Virus record (IMG/VR): IMGVR_UViG_3300044984_003188
From: a virus
DNA: 64,000 nucleotides
Direction: 5' to 3' (one strand)
Below are positions 8,236 through 17,931 of this stretch, in pieces; within the stretch, counting starts at the first letter, position 1; each line of letters opens with the position of its first letter. The notes under the pieces were generated by a model, which did not search any database, was not told the DNA's origin, and saw nothing but the letters and a program-made list of their open reading frames with translations. The position numbers and the translations under genes are program-made.

Positions 8236-8418
8236 ATGCTGTATACTAATATTGAAGTTAGAGATGATTTGTGGGATTCTGCATATGACATTGTTTATTC
8301 TAAAATCAAAACATCATTGACAAGAACAATTGCAGATGATACTTATCATACGATAACCTTCATTAATCATGGGATTAAAACTCCCATTATATGGGAACTA
8401 AAAGATGCAGTTGCTTAA
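8236..8418 (+). CDS. hypothetical protein (related to 7855..8043)
   Basis: EVRDDLWD motif shared. Confidence 0.55.
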   Translation: MLYTNIEVRDDLWDSAYDIVYSKIKTSLTRTIADDTYHTITFINHGIKTPIIWELKDAVA

Positions 8419-8785
8419 ACCGCATATCAATAATATCGGTTCAACTAAGTCTAAACCCTCTGCTAAACAACTTCAGGCTAAAGCAGAACATGAGGCTTGG
8501 CTTAAGCGTAATGGTGTTCATCCAGAACAACTGAAGCACAAGCCAAAAGCCAAGACTACTTTGCCTTCTTATAAAACAGAAAAAGTTCAACTTTCAAACA
8601 CAATTGTTGATGGTGGGCGGGATAGGTCCATTATGAGCAATCTCTATAAAGAATCTGTAGCGGTTCAACGTAAGATTCTTGAAAAAGCTAAGCGTACCGA
8701 GATTGCTTATAATAAGGGTGGTCTTGTGTATGTGACTGATGGAATGGATATTAAAACTATGGGAAGTAGGAGTCGACGACCGTGA
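8405..8785 (+). CDS. hypothetical basic protein
   Basis: C-terminal AYNKGGLVYV motif typical of T4-like hypotheticals. Confidence 0.7.
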   Translation: MQLLKPHINNIGSTKSKPSAKQLQAKAEHEAWLKRNGVHPEQLKHKPKAKTTLPSYKTEKVQLSNTIVDGGRDRSIMSNLYKESVAVQRKILEKAKRTEIAYNKGGLVYVTDGMDIKTMGSRSRRP

Positions 8786-9294
8786 GCACAACTTTTGTTA
8801 TCAGTGATACCCATTTTGGGCATGCTAACATTCTCAAGTTTCTAAATGAGGATGGTTCACGTGTTCGCCCAAACTGGGAAGATGTTGACGTGATGAATGA
8901 AGATATGATCAATCGCTGGAATCATATCGTGGCACCAAATGATAAGGTTTATCATCTTGGTGATGTTGTAATCAATCGACGTTATCTAAATCTAGTTGAT
9001 CGCTTGAACGGCAAGAAGGAACTGGTCTTAGGCAATCATGATATCTTTGAGACCACTGACTTCTTGAAGCACTTCAAGCGTGTTCATGGATCAGTGAAGT
9101 TTGATTCATTGGTGCTAACACATATTCCGGTTCATCCTACAATGCTACCGCGGTGGGCACTTGGGAATGTTCATGGGCATGTGCACTGCAATTCTCTTTC
9201 TGATCCACTCTATAAGAATGTATCAGTAGAGGTCATTGATTATGTACCAATGCCTATGGATAATATTTTAGAGGAAATGCGTAAAAATCTCTAA
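8782..9294 (+). CDS. calcineurin-like metallophosphoesterase
   Basis: SDTHFGH, HLGD, GNHD, HGHVH motifs. Confidence 0.92.
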   Translation: MSTTFVISDTHFGHANILKFLNEDGSRVRPNWEDVDVMNEDMINRWNHIVAPNDKVYHLGDVVINRRYLNLVDRLNGKKELVLGNHDIFETTDFLKHFKRVHGSVKFDSLVLTHIPVHPTMLPRWALGNVHGHVHCNSLSDPLYKNVSVEVIDYVPMPMDNILEEMRKNL

Positions 9295-9368
9295 AAAACT
9301 CCTAAATAAAATATTGACTTTTTCTTAAAGTCTGGTATAATCTCATTGAGGATAAAAGGATATATCTA

Positions 9369-9560
9369 ATGGCTACCGCTAAAAACAACCAATTTCTAGT
9401 GACCTTTACCCAAAAGATCACTGACTCGACATCACCAGACTATGGTTATGTTGTTGAGAACTCAATGAAATTTAAGTCGTTTGATGCGGCCCATACCTTT
9501 ATCCGTAGTCTGACTCGAGTCAATCTAATTGGTAAGCCCGTAATTGAGGAGATTAATTGA
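9369..9560 (+). CDS. hypothetical protein
   Basis: Promoter TTGACT-N16-TATAAT at 9315-9341; AAGGA RBS. Confidence 0.7.
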   Translation: MATAKNNQFLVTFTQKITDSTSPDYGYVVENSMKFKSFDAAHTFIRSLTRVNLIGKPVIEEIN

Positions 9561-9671
9561 TATGTCTAACGTGAAGATGATTACTCGCTATGATATTACA
9601 ACTCACACTTGGCTTCTAGGTTATTATTCTGGTTGGCGTTGGGTTACTGTGGGTTCCTGGAAGAATGCTGC

Positions 9672-9962
9672 TTAATCCAACTCTTCATTAGCTTCAGCGG
9701 TCGTCTTGGCTTTCTCAAGGAAAGCTTTGACGGCCGTTAAGCTATTTTTACATTCTAAATTATTGGTGTGTAGTTGAATTAAAAGCTTTGCTACTTGAAT
9801 ATCTGTGAGTGTTTGTGAATTTGGAAATAATGCTATTGTTGGGCATCTATACATTTTTTCATCTGGTAATACAACTAGTTGTTTTTGTTTAGTAATGAAC
9901 TGTTGTGGTTCAGAAGCACAACCAGATAAAAATATAACAATAGCAGCTAATAGGATTCTCAT
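9672..9962 (-). CDS. putative outer-membrane spanin (lipoprotein)
   Basis: LSGC lipobox, Pro/Cys, overlaps the upstream TM coiled-coil gene. Confidence 0.7.
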   Translation of the reverse strand: MRILLAAIVIFLSGCASEPQQFITKQKQLVVLPDEKMYRCPTIALFPNSQTLTDIQVAKLLIQLHTNNLECKNSLTAVKAFLEKAKTTAEANEELD

Positions 9963-10336
9963 TTATTCTTCTCCAAAGACTTTGCAAGTCCCTCAACTGT
10001 ATTTTTAAGAATATCAGAAGCAGGTCTATCATTTCTTTTAGCATCAGTTGATCCTAGATAAGTGGACACTGATTCAAGTTTTCTTGATATTTTTTGATTT
10101 TCTTCTAAAAGATCCCGTGCTGCTTCTTGTTGTACTTTTGATATTTTTTCTTGTTTTTCCAAGAAGTCTTGTTGATCTTTAAGTGATTGCTCCATTTGTT
10201 TTTGATTAAAATCCATTAGTGCTTGGCGCTCTATATCTCTTTTCCAAGCATAATAAATACCACAACCTGATCCAATTAGAGTAATTGCTATAAAAACATA
10301 TATTACTATTTTGCTTCCGCTGAATATCCCTAGCAT
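9959..10336 (-). CDS. putative inner-membrane spanin
   Basis: N-terminal TM helix followed by coiled coil. Confidence 0.7.
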   Translation of the reverse strand: MLGIFSGSKIVIYVFIAITLIGSGCGIYYAWKRDIERQALMDFNQKQMEQSLKDQQDFLEKQEKISKVQQEAARDLLEENQKISRKLESVSTYLGSTDAKRNDRPASDILKNTVEGLAKSLEKNK

Positions 10337-10358
10337 ATTTTTTTCCTTAGGAACTTAA

Positions 10359-10550
10359 ATGTATATTTTAGAAGAAGATTTTGTAAAGTTAGCATCTGAA
10401 GAATTTGAGTATGGAAGCTCATATGCCCATTTGTTGAGCATTGGTGAACTATTCAAAGAAGCTGGATTAACACCGATCTATATTTATGATCCTGAAGAAA
10501 ATAGTGTTTATATAACAACAAAAGAAAAAAGTGAAAATACTTTTCACTAA
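10359..10550 (+). CDS. hypothetical protein
   Basis: 63-aa acidic ORF with AGGA RBS. Confidence 0.6.
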   Translation: MYILEEDFVKLASEEFEYGSSYAHLLSIGELFKEAGLTPIYIYDPEENSVYITTKEKSENTFH

Positions 10551-10585
10551 TTGTTGACAAATGTTGATTGTGGTGTATAAATAAT

Positions 10586-10641
10586 CTTGGATTGCCTTAT
10601 GGGATCCAAATATCAATAACCTTGCTTTTAGGAGGTATCAC
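10586..10641 (+). promoter_or_regulatory. ROSE-like RNA thermometer leader of hsp20
   Basis: CCTTGCT-TTT-AGGAGG hairpin with bulged G over the SD; upstream TTGGAT/ATCCAA stem. Confidence 0.6.
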
Positions 10642-11115
10642 ATGACCTTATGGAAAACTTATAATTTCGACACATCTAATATTGACCGCTATTTTGTAGG
10701 CGTTGATACTATGATGAAAAAAATGGTGGATGGTGCGGCATTTGTCGCCAATACAGCAATGTCTAATTTCCCACCTTACAATATCAAAAAGATTCAAGAC
10801 AATAAGTATGTCATCGAGATGGCTGTTGCTGGATTTGGCAAACAGGATCTTGAGATTACTTTAGAAGATAATAAACTCTTAATTAAGGGTAACACTTCTT
10901 TAAACACAAAAGATAAAGAGGGAACGCAATATCTATACCAAGGCATTGCTGCACGTAATTTTGCTCGTGCATTCACTCTAGCTGATAATGTTGAGATTCA
11001 AAATGCTGAACTTATTAATGGCATGCTTCGTGTCTGGCTAGATACCATAACACAAAAACCAAATGTAAAAAATATTGAAGTGGTTGAAAAAACCGAGCAA
11101 AAAACAAAAGAATAA
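10642..11115 (+). CDS. hsp20: small heat shock protein Hsp20
   Basis: NFPPYNI, IEMAVAGF, YLYQGIAARNFARAFTL, NGML. Confidence 0.95.
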   Translation: MTLWKTYNFDTSNIDRYFVGVDTMMKKMVDGAAFVANTAMSNFPPYNIKKIQDNKYVIEMAVAGFGKQDLEITLEDNKLLIKGNTSLNTKDKEGTQYLYQGIAARNFARAFTLADNVEIQNAELINGMLRVWLDTITQKPNVKNIEVVEKTEQKTKE

Positions 11116-11124
11116 GAGAAAAAA

Positions 11125-11301
11125 ATGATTAAAAATATTTGGGGTCGCCTTGTTAGGCGACTCCGTGCTATTAATGCGTATTACAGTGTCCATAATGACC
11201 TGGGTCGCTTATCAAACAGAAGTTTAGCAGATATTGGTATATCTAGATGCCAAATTGACTATTTTGCAATTAGGGCATATTACAAAGCTAAGGAAGGTTA
11301 A
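11125..11301 (+). CDS. DUF1127-family small protein (58 aa, not in track)
   Basis: LGRLSNRSLADIGISRCQI. Confidence 0.75.
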   Translation: MIKNIWGRLVRRLRAINAYYSVHNDLGRLSNRSLADIGISRCQIDYFAIRAYYKAKEG

Positions 11302-11439
11302 CATGATTTATAAACTATTCGAATTATTTACAATTTACACTGAATCTTTAAATGTTAAGCCAACAGTAGATAATAGAGAAGCTAAAGCAATTAGACGTGA
11401 ACTAGAGTCTAAACAAACACCACATAACATCTAAATACT

Positions 11440-11466
11440 GGGGCATTTATTGCCCCTTTATTTTTT
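11440..11466 (+). terminator. hairpin / probable terminator before endolysin
   Basis: GGGGCA-TTTAT-TGCCCC followed by T-rich tract. Confidence 0.55.
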
Positions 11467-11477
11467 AGGAGAAAATA

Positions 11478-12089
11478 ATGATTACATTAGAATTGCTACA
11501 AGGAATGTTTCCGAGAACCAAGGCATTAGTTCTAGAAACATATGTTGATCCACTGAATGAAGTATGTGGTAAATTTGAAATCAACACAACAGAAAGAATT
11601 GCAATGTTTCTTGCTCAAGTTGGGCATGAATCAGGTGGTCTTAGTGTTATTCAAGAGAATTTAAACTATAGGGCTGAAAGATTAGCGGTTGTATTTCCAA
11701 AATATTTTAAAGATGTAAATACCTCAACCTATGCTCATAATCCAGAAAAGATTGCTAATAGAGTCTACGCTAGTAGAATGGGCAATGGCAATGAAGCATC
11801 TGGTGATGGTTATAAGTATCGTGGGCGTGGTTTGATTCAGCTCACTGGTCGCAATAACTATGCTTCTTTTGCTTCAGATATGGGTATGAGTATTGATGAA
11901 GCGGTTGAATATCTTTCCACACCCGAAGGTGCTACCATGTCGGCTGGCTGGTATTGGAATAAAAATAATCTTAACCAATGGGCAGATAATTCAGATGTAC
12001 TTACCGTCACTAAAAAGATTAATGGTGGTACTATTGGTCTAGCTGAAAGAGAACATCTTTTCCATTATGGTATGACTCTTTTGGGTTGA
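11478..12089 (+). CDS. glycoside hydrolase family 19 endolysin
   Basis: FLAQVGHES, ENLNY, YRGRGLIQLTGRNNY, KKINGG. Confidence 0.92.
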   Translation: MITLELLQGMFPRTKALVLETYVDPLNEVCGKFEINTTERIAMFLAQVGHESGGLSVIQENLNYRAERLAVVFPKYFKDVNTSTYAHNPEKIANRVYASRMGNGNEASGDGYKYRGRGLIQLTGRNNYASFASDMGMSIDEAVEYLSTPEGATMSAGWYWNKNNLNQWADNSDVLTVTKKINGGTIGLAEREHLFHYGMTLLG

Positions 12090-12140
12090 CATTTGGGATA
12101 GGGTGTAATAATATTACTCTTGGTATTCCTGGAGAAGCAT

Positions 12141-14651
12141 ATGTCGGTTTTTTATACTAATGTCTTTAGCCGTGGTGATCGTGTATTTGTTCGTGGCTAT
12201 CGTAATGGGCGCCGCTTTGCGGAAATTGTTAATTACAAACCCTATCTCTTTATTCCAGCTAGGAAAGAATCACGCACCGAGTTTCGAACTCTAGATGGTA
12301 AACCTGTCGAAAAACTAGAGTTCGACTCTATTTCTGATACCCGTGAATTTCTAAAGCGATACGATGGTGTGGATAATATGGAAATCCATGGGTTATCCAA
12401 TTTTCCATATCTCTATATCTACGATAATTATCGTGGTGAAATCAACTATGATTCATCCAAAATCAATATCATCTCTCTTGATATTGAAACACGTAGTGAT
12501 GATGGATTTCCAAATATTGAAACCGCAGATAAAGAAGTAACTGCTATTACAATTTCACGTCGTGGTGAAATGATCGTATTTGGTCTGAAGCCTTATAAGC
12601 CAAAATCAGATAAAATTACTTATATTCATTGTAAGGATGAGTGGGAACTATTGGATAAGTTCCTACATGTTTGGCAATCTGGTCGATTCCTCCCTGATGT
12701 TCTTACTGGATGGAATATTGAGTTCTTTGATATTCCCTACCTTGTGAATAGGATTACAAATATCCTAGGCAAGGAACAAGCTAAAAAACTATCTCCATGG
12801 GGAATCCTTGAGGAACGTAAAATTGTTTCACATGGTAAGGAAAATACTACCTACACTCCTGCCGGCATCAACGTTCTAGACTATCTTCAATTATACAAGA
12901 AGTTTTCATTTGGTAATGAGGAAAGCTATAAGCTTGATAACATTGCTGAAGTGGTTCTTGGTGAGCGCAAGGTGGATTATAAGTCCATGGGTTATGAATC
13001 ACTAGAGGATCTATATCAACGCAATCCGGAACTATTCTTTGATTATAACATTCAGGACACAGCACTGATTGATCGCTTTGAGGAAAAGCTTGGGTTCATT
13101 GAATTAGTCATGGCTTTTGCATATGATGCTAAAGTCAACTATGTTGATACCATGACCACAGTGAAGCCATGGGATATTATTGTTCATAATTATCTTATGG
13201 ATCGGTGTATTGTTGTTCCTCAGTTTAGTAAAAAAACAAATGATGTGCAACTTATGGGTGGTCACGTTAAGGAAATTAAGCCTGGTATGTATCGTTGGGT
13301 GGTTTCTTTTGACTTGACTTCACTTTACCCACATCTTATCATGCACTATAATATCTCACCAGAGACTAAGGTTGGGCGTGAACAATATTGGCCTGTTCTT
13401 AATTCCTTAATTAGTGGTCATGCAGTTGTAGAAGATCATGGATATTCATATGCGGCAAATGGTGTAAAATTTACCAAGCAAAAGCAGGGCTTTGCACCAG
13501 CACTTATGGAAAAGATGTTTAATGATCGTGCCAAGTATAAAGACAAAATGCTTGAAGCCAAAAAGAAACTAGAGACTACTGCTCTAGACTCTCTGGAACG
13601 AAAAATGACTACTAATGAAGTTGCTAGATATCATAATCTACAGCTTGCAAAAAAGATCCAATTGAACAGTTTCTATGGTGCTCTATCAAATCAATATTTC
13701 CGTTGGTTCGATTTTGATATGGCAGAGGCTATCACTTCCTCTGGTCAGCTTGCTATTCAGTGGGTTGAACGATATATCAATGAATATCTTAACACCGTTC
13801 TTAAAACCAAAGCAGTTGATTATGTGATTGCATCCGACACAGACTCACTCTATATTAATATGGAACCACTAGTAAATATTCTAGGGGTCGCCGATCCTCT
13901 AAAAATTGTAGAAGTGTTAGATAAGTTTTGCAATACAAAGATTCAAAATGTAATTAAAAAATCTTTTGATGATTTAGCAGATTACATGCATTCCTATGAT
14001 AAAAAGATGTTTATGAAGCGTGAAACAATTGCTGATAAGGGTATCTGGAAAGCAGCAAAGATGTACATTCTAAATGCCTGGAATATTGAGGGTGTTCAAT
14101 TTACTGAACCACAACTTAAAATTCAAGGTATTGAAGCCGTTCGATCCTCTACTCCTAAAGTATGCCGAGCACACATTAAAAAGTGTCTCAGTATTATTAT
14201 GAATAATGATGAGGAAACTCTACATCAATTCATTGATAGGTTTAGGAATGATTTCATGAAACTTCCATTTGAGGATGTTGCATTTCCACGTGGTATGAAT
14301 GGGATGGAAAAGTATCATGATCGTAATACTATCTATTCTAAAGGCACTCCAATTCATGTAAAGGGTGCTCTACTTTATAATAACTTGATTAAAAAACGTG
14401 AGCTTGATAAGAAATATCAACTCATTGGTGATGGTGACAAAATCAAGTTTGCCTATCTGAAATTACCAAATCCACTTATGGAGCACGTTATTTCTGTTCC
14501 TGATGAACTACCTGAGGAACTTGATTTCACAAAATATATTGACTATGATTCTCAGTTTAACAAGTCTTTTCTAGAACCAATCAAGGGCATTGTAGAAATT
14601 ATTGGTTGGGATGTAGAAAAGCGTAGCACATTGGAGTCGTTCTTTGGCTAA
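12141..14651 (+). CDS. gp43: DNA polymerase B (T4 gp43)
   Basis: DIET exonuclease motif, SFDLTSLYP, KIQLNSFYG, SDTDS. Confidence 0.97.
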   Translation: MSVFYTNVFSRGDRVFVRGYRNGRRFAEIVNYKPYLFIPARKESRTEFRTLDGKPVEKLEFDSISDTREFLKRYDGVDNMEIHGLSNFPYLYIYDNYRGEINYDSSKINIISLDIETRSDDGFPNIETADKEVTAITISRRGEMIVFGLKPYKPKSDKITYIHCKDEWELLDKFLHVWQSGRFLPDVLTGWNIEFFDIPYLVNRITNILGKEQAKKLSPWGILEERKIVSHGKENTTYTPAGINVLDYLQLYKKFSFGNEESYKLDNIAEVVLGERKVDYKSMGYESLEDLYQRNPELFFDYNIQDTALIDRFEEKLGFIELVMAFAYDAKVNYVDTMTTVKPWDIIVHNYLMDRCIVVPQFSKKTNDVQLMGGHVKEIKPGMYRWVVSFDLTSLYPHLIMHYNISPETKVGREQYWPVLNSLISGHAVVEDHGYSYAANGVKFTKQKQGFAPALMEKMFNDRAKYKDKMLEAKKKLETTALDSLERKMTTNEVARYHNLQLAKKIQLNSFYGALSNQYFRWFDFDMAEAITSSGQLAIQWVERYINEYLNTVLKTKAVDYVIASDTDSLYINMEPLVNILGVADPLKIVEVLDKFCNTKIQNVIKKSFDDLADYMHSYDKKMFMKRETIADKGIWKAAKMYILNAWNIEGVQFTEPQLKIQGIEAVRSSTPKVCRAHIKKCLSIIMNNDEETLHQFIDRFRNDFMKLPFEDVAFPRGMNGMEKYHDRNTIYSKGTPIHVKGALLYNNLIKKRELDKKYQLIGDGDKIKFAYLKLPNPLMEHVISVPDELPEELDFTKYIDYDSQFNKSFLEPIKGIVEIIGWDVEKRSTLESFFG

Positions 14652-14952
14652 GTACGATTATGGCGCTGGATGCCCATGTGGATTATATCGTGAATGTGAA
14701 CCAAATTGTGAATATAAGGAAATAAAAATGCAAGAGCATGACTTTGGATTCTCATTTGCAGATTCTACTGAACTTACAGCTGAAATTGATACCGCAACCG
14801 AAAAGCTCGAAAAGCTTAGGGCTATGATTTTACCATTCTTAAAAAATTTAAAGCAAAATCCTGAAAAGGATATTATTAAATGGAATGGTAAAGATAGAAT
14901 CAAGAAAATTGATGAGTTTATTGGAAAGATCAATGTTTTGGTTGACAGTTGA
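14644..14952 (+). CDS. hypothetical protein (conserved between pol and uvsX)
   Basis: DFGFSF...PFLKNLKQNPEKDIIKW; true start may be MQEHDF at 14728. Confidence 0.7.
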   Translation: MAKYDYGAGCPCGLYRECEPNCEYKEIKMQEHDFGFSFADSTELTAEIDTATEKLEKLRAMILPFLKNLKQNPEKDIIKWNGKDRIKKIDEFIGKINVLVDS

Positions 14953-14998
14953 CATTGACTAATATATAATTCATTATTGCAGATATATTGGAGAAATT

Positions 14999-16039
14999 AT
15001 GAACGATTTACGTTCTCGTCTTATTAAAAATAGCACAGTTGATTTTACTTCCACACTTACGGATTCAAAGATCTTTAATAAAAAGGATATGATCCACACA
15101 CCAGTTCCTGGCATTAATATTGCTCTGAGTGGTAATTTGGATGGTGGACTTACACCAGGCCTATTGGTTCTAGCGGCACCATCAAAACACTTTAAAACCG
15201 CTTTCAGTCTTCTTATGGCTTCTTCATTTATTAAGAAATACCCTGACGGTATAATTCTATTTTATGATTCAGAATTTGGCACACCAGAATCTTATTTTAC
15301 TTCATTTGGTGTTCCACTAGAATCCGTTGTCCACACACCAATTACGGATATTGAACAATTAAAGTTTGATATTATGCAACAATTGAGTGAACTTAAGCGT
15401 GAAGATAAAGTTATGATTGTGGTTGACTCCGTGGGCAATCTTGCTTCAAAGAAAGAAGTAGAGGATGCTCTAAAAGGAAGTTCTGCTGCTGATATGACTC
15501 GGGCTAAACAACTCAAGTCACTATTCAGAATGGTAACACCTCATCTAACGCTTAAAGACATTCCTATGGTTGTTGTAAATCATATCTATATGACACAGGA
15601 ACTATATTCTAAGGCAGTTGTCAGTGGTGGCACCGGTGTATATTATTCTGCCGATAACATTTGGATCATCGGTCGTCAACAAGATAAGGATGATAAAGAA
15701 CTTAAAGGTTATCACTTTATTATCAATGTTGAAAAATCTAGATATGTAAAAGAAAAATCTAAGATTCCCATTACAGTAAATTTTGATTCTGGTATCAATA
15801 AGTGGTCGGGATTCCTTGACTTAGCTCTGGAAGCAGGGTATATTACAAAACCAAAGCAAGGTTGGTATGCAACTTTGAATAAAGAAACTGGTGAACTAGG
15901 TCCAAATAAGCGTGCAGCAGATATTATTGATAACAATGATTTCTGGAAAACTCTTCTAGAAAACACAGACTTCTCAACTTGGATTAAAAACAAGTATAGT
16001 TTATCATCAACTGATATGATTGAAGAAGAAAATGAATGA
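14999..16039 (+). CDS. uvsX: UvsX RecA-like recombinase
   Basis: APSKHFKT, FYDSEFG, DSVGNLASKKE, VSGGTG. Confidence 0.95.
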   Translation: MNDLRSRLIKNSTVDFTSTLTDSKIFNKKDMIHTPVPGINIALSGNLDGGLTPGLLVLAAPSKHFKTAFSLLMASSFIKKYPDGIILFYDSEFGTPESYFTSFGVPLESVVHTPITDIEQLKFDIMQQLSELKREDKVMIVVDSVGNLASKKEVEDALKGSSAADMTRAKQLKSLFRMVTPHLTLKDIPMVVVNHIYMTQELYSKAVVSGGTGVYYSADNIWIIGRQQDKDDKELKGYHFIINVEKSRYVKEKSKIPITVNFDSGINKWSGFLDLALEAGYITKPKQGWYATLNKETGELGPNKRAADIIDNNDFWKTLLENTDFSTWIKNKYSLSSTDMIEEENE

Positions 16040-16289
16040 TAAAAATTGGCTGAATACATTCTATAGTACCGATGGTAGAAAATATGCTGTAATTAATTCT
16101 ATATCAAATTCAATTTATGTAGAATTTTATCAAGATGAAGTGATAGTGGGTGGTGTGGAAATCAAAGAGCATAACACCCACTATGCACAATCTATTGCCG
16201 AAAATTTCTGTAATGGTATACTTAAACTAAAGCCATGGAGCTCCAATGAGTCTATCAAATCTGATCTTTGCGAATCTAATAAACAGTGA
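16032..16289 (+). CDS. hypothetical protein
   Basis: Fills the uvsX-gp41 gap with overlaps. Confidence 0.65.
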   Translation: MNDKNWLNTFYSTDGRKYAVINSISNSIYVEFYQDEVIVGGVEIKEHNTHYAQSIAENFCNGILKLKPWSSNESIKSDLCESNKQ

Positions 16290-17646
16290 AGAATATGGTC
16301 GCAAAGTTCTTCCTTATATAAAAGAAGAATATTTTGAAACTTACTCAGACAAAGTATTATTCAATGTTATCAATGCATATGTTGAAAAATATAATAAATT
16401 TCCAAATGAACAAGCTATTAAATTTGATCTCGATTCAATGCAACTTGATGATCGAATTTTTAAAGAATGCAAGGAAAAACTTGGTGAGCTTGAATATGAT
16501 GCTACTAAGGATTTAGAGTGGGTAATTGACAAGACAGAAAAATTCTGTCAAGAGAGAGCAGTATATAATGCGATCATGTCTAGTATTCAAATTCTAGACA
16601 ATAAGGATCCAAAGAATAATCGTGGTTCAATCCCAAAGATCCTACAGGATGCTCTAGGTGTAAGCTTTGATACTCACATTGGACATGATTTCTTTGATGA
16701 TTCCGATCCTCGCTTTGAATACTATCATAGGACTGAAGATAGAGTCCCATTCCGTATTGATTATCTCAATAAAATTACTAAGGGTGGTCTTCCAAAAAAG
16801 ACTCTGAATGTAATTCTTGCAGGACCACATGTTGGTAAATCACTATTCATGTGTTCAACTGCTGCTGGTAATCTTCTTGATGGAAAGAATGTTCTCTACA
16901 TCACAATGGAAATGGCTGAGGAAGAAATTGCTCGGCGTATTGATGCTAATATTCTAGATATTCCCATTGAAGAACTAGATACTATTTCCAAAGAACTCTT
17001 TGATAAAAAGATAGCTCGAGTCAAGGGTAAGACTTCAGGTAAACTTATTATCAAAGAATATCCAACTTCTACAGCTGGTTCTGCAAACTTCCGTCATCTT
17101 TTGATGGAACTAAAGCTGAAAAAGAACTTCATTCCTGATATCATTTATATTGATTATCTAAACATCTGTGCAAGTTCAAGATTGAAAATGGGTTCCAATG
17201 TCAATAGTTATACGTATGTAAAAGCTATTGCTGAAGAATTAAGAGGTCTTGCTGTTGAATTTAATGTTCCAATTGTTTCAGCAACACAAACCACAAGGTC
17301 TGGTTTTGGAAATTCAGATGTTGATATCACTGATACATCAGAGTCTTTTGCTCTTCCAGCAACTGTAGACTTCATGCTTGCTCTAGTAAGTTCTGAAGAA
17401 CTTGAAGCGCTAGAACAAATCATGGCTAAACAGTTGAAAAACCGATATACCAATCTACATAAATGCAAGCGCTTTGTTTTAGGGGTTGACAAAATTAAAA
17501 TGAAGTTGTATAATGTGGAAGAATCTGCACAAGATCTGGTGGATGATTCACCTGTAATGGACAAAGGAAATTTCGGCGAGAGAGAAAAAGCTACTAACCG
17601 AAAAAAATCTAAGTTTGAACTGCAACAATTTGAGGATTTTAAGTGA
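16246..17646 (+). CDS. gp41: replicative helicase (T4 gp41)
   Basis: GPHVGKS Walker A, TMEMAEE, IDYLNIC, ATQTTRSG, KQLKNRY. Confidence 0.96.
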   Translation: MSLSNLIFANLINSEEYGRKVLPYIKEEYFETYSDKVLFNVINAYVEKYNKFPNEQAIKFDLDSMQLDDRIFKECKEKLGELEYDATKDLEWVIDKTEKFCQERAVYNAIMSSIQILDNKDPKNNRGSIPKILQDALGVSFDTHIGHDFFDDSDPRFEYYHRTEDRVPFRIDYLNKITKGGLPKKTLNVILAGPHVGKSLFMCSTAAGNLLDGKNVLYITMEMAEEEIARRIDANILDIPIEELDTISKELFDKKIARVKGKTSGKLIIKEYPTSTAGSANFRHLLMELKLKKNFIPDIIYIDYLNICASSRLKMGSNVNSYTYVKAIAEELRGLAVEFNVPIVSATQTTRSGFGNSDVDITDTSESFALPATVDFMLALVSSEELEALEQIMAKQLKNRYTNLHKCKRFVLGVDKIKMKLYNVEESAQDLVDDSPVMDKGNFGEREKATNRKKSKFELQQFEDFK

Positions 17647-17831
17647 TGAAAATGTATACTGTTAAGCAAGCAAATGATCAGTACTATGTCTTTGAAACAG
17701 CTAGTGAAAACTACATTCGACAGTTCAAGGATAAGAATGAAGCATGGAAGTACTGTAAGCTCATGAACCGAGGGCAACAAGGTTTCCAGGGGTGGACGCC
17801 AGCTTTTGTTGCTGGAATTAGCGCTCCATAA
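17646..17831 (+). CDS. hypothetical protein
   Basis: C-terminal GFQGWTP motif of small T4-like proteins. Confidence 0.65.
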   Translation: MKMYTVKQANDQYYVFETASENYIRQFKDKNEAWKYCKLMNRGQQGFQGWTPAFVAGISAP

Positions 17832-17857
17832 ATACATAAAAAATAAAAGTCTAACTC

Positions 17858-17890
17858 AAGAGCAGATCGAAAGGTCTGCTCTTTTTTTAT
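17858..17890 (+). terminator. intrinsic terminator
   Basis: AAGAGCAGATC-GAAA-GGTCTGCTCTT-TTTTT. Confidence 0.85.
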
Positions 17891-17892
17891 TT

Positions 17893-17900
17893 TATAAATA
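17893..17900 (+). promoter_or_regulatory. T4-type late promoter
   Basis: TATAAATA; others at 10576, 22409, 36459 (+) and 30084-30091 (-). Confidence 0.75.
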
Positions 17901-17931
17901 TAGAAAACATTTAATATTTTGGGAACCACAT

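Noticed and set aside
17208-17837. 209-aa minus-strand ORF
   Set aside because: Antisense to the conserved gp41 helicase; no motifs.
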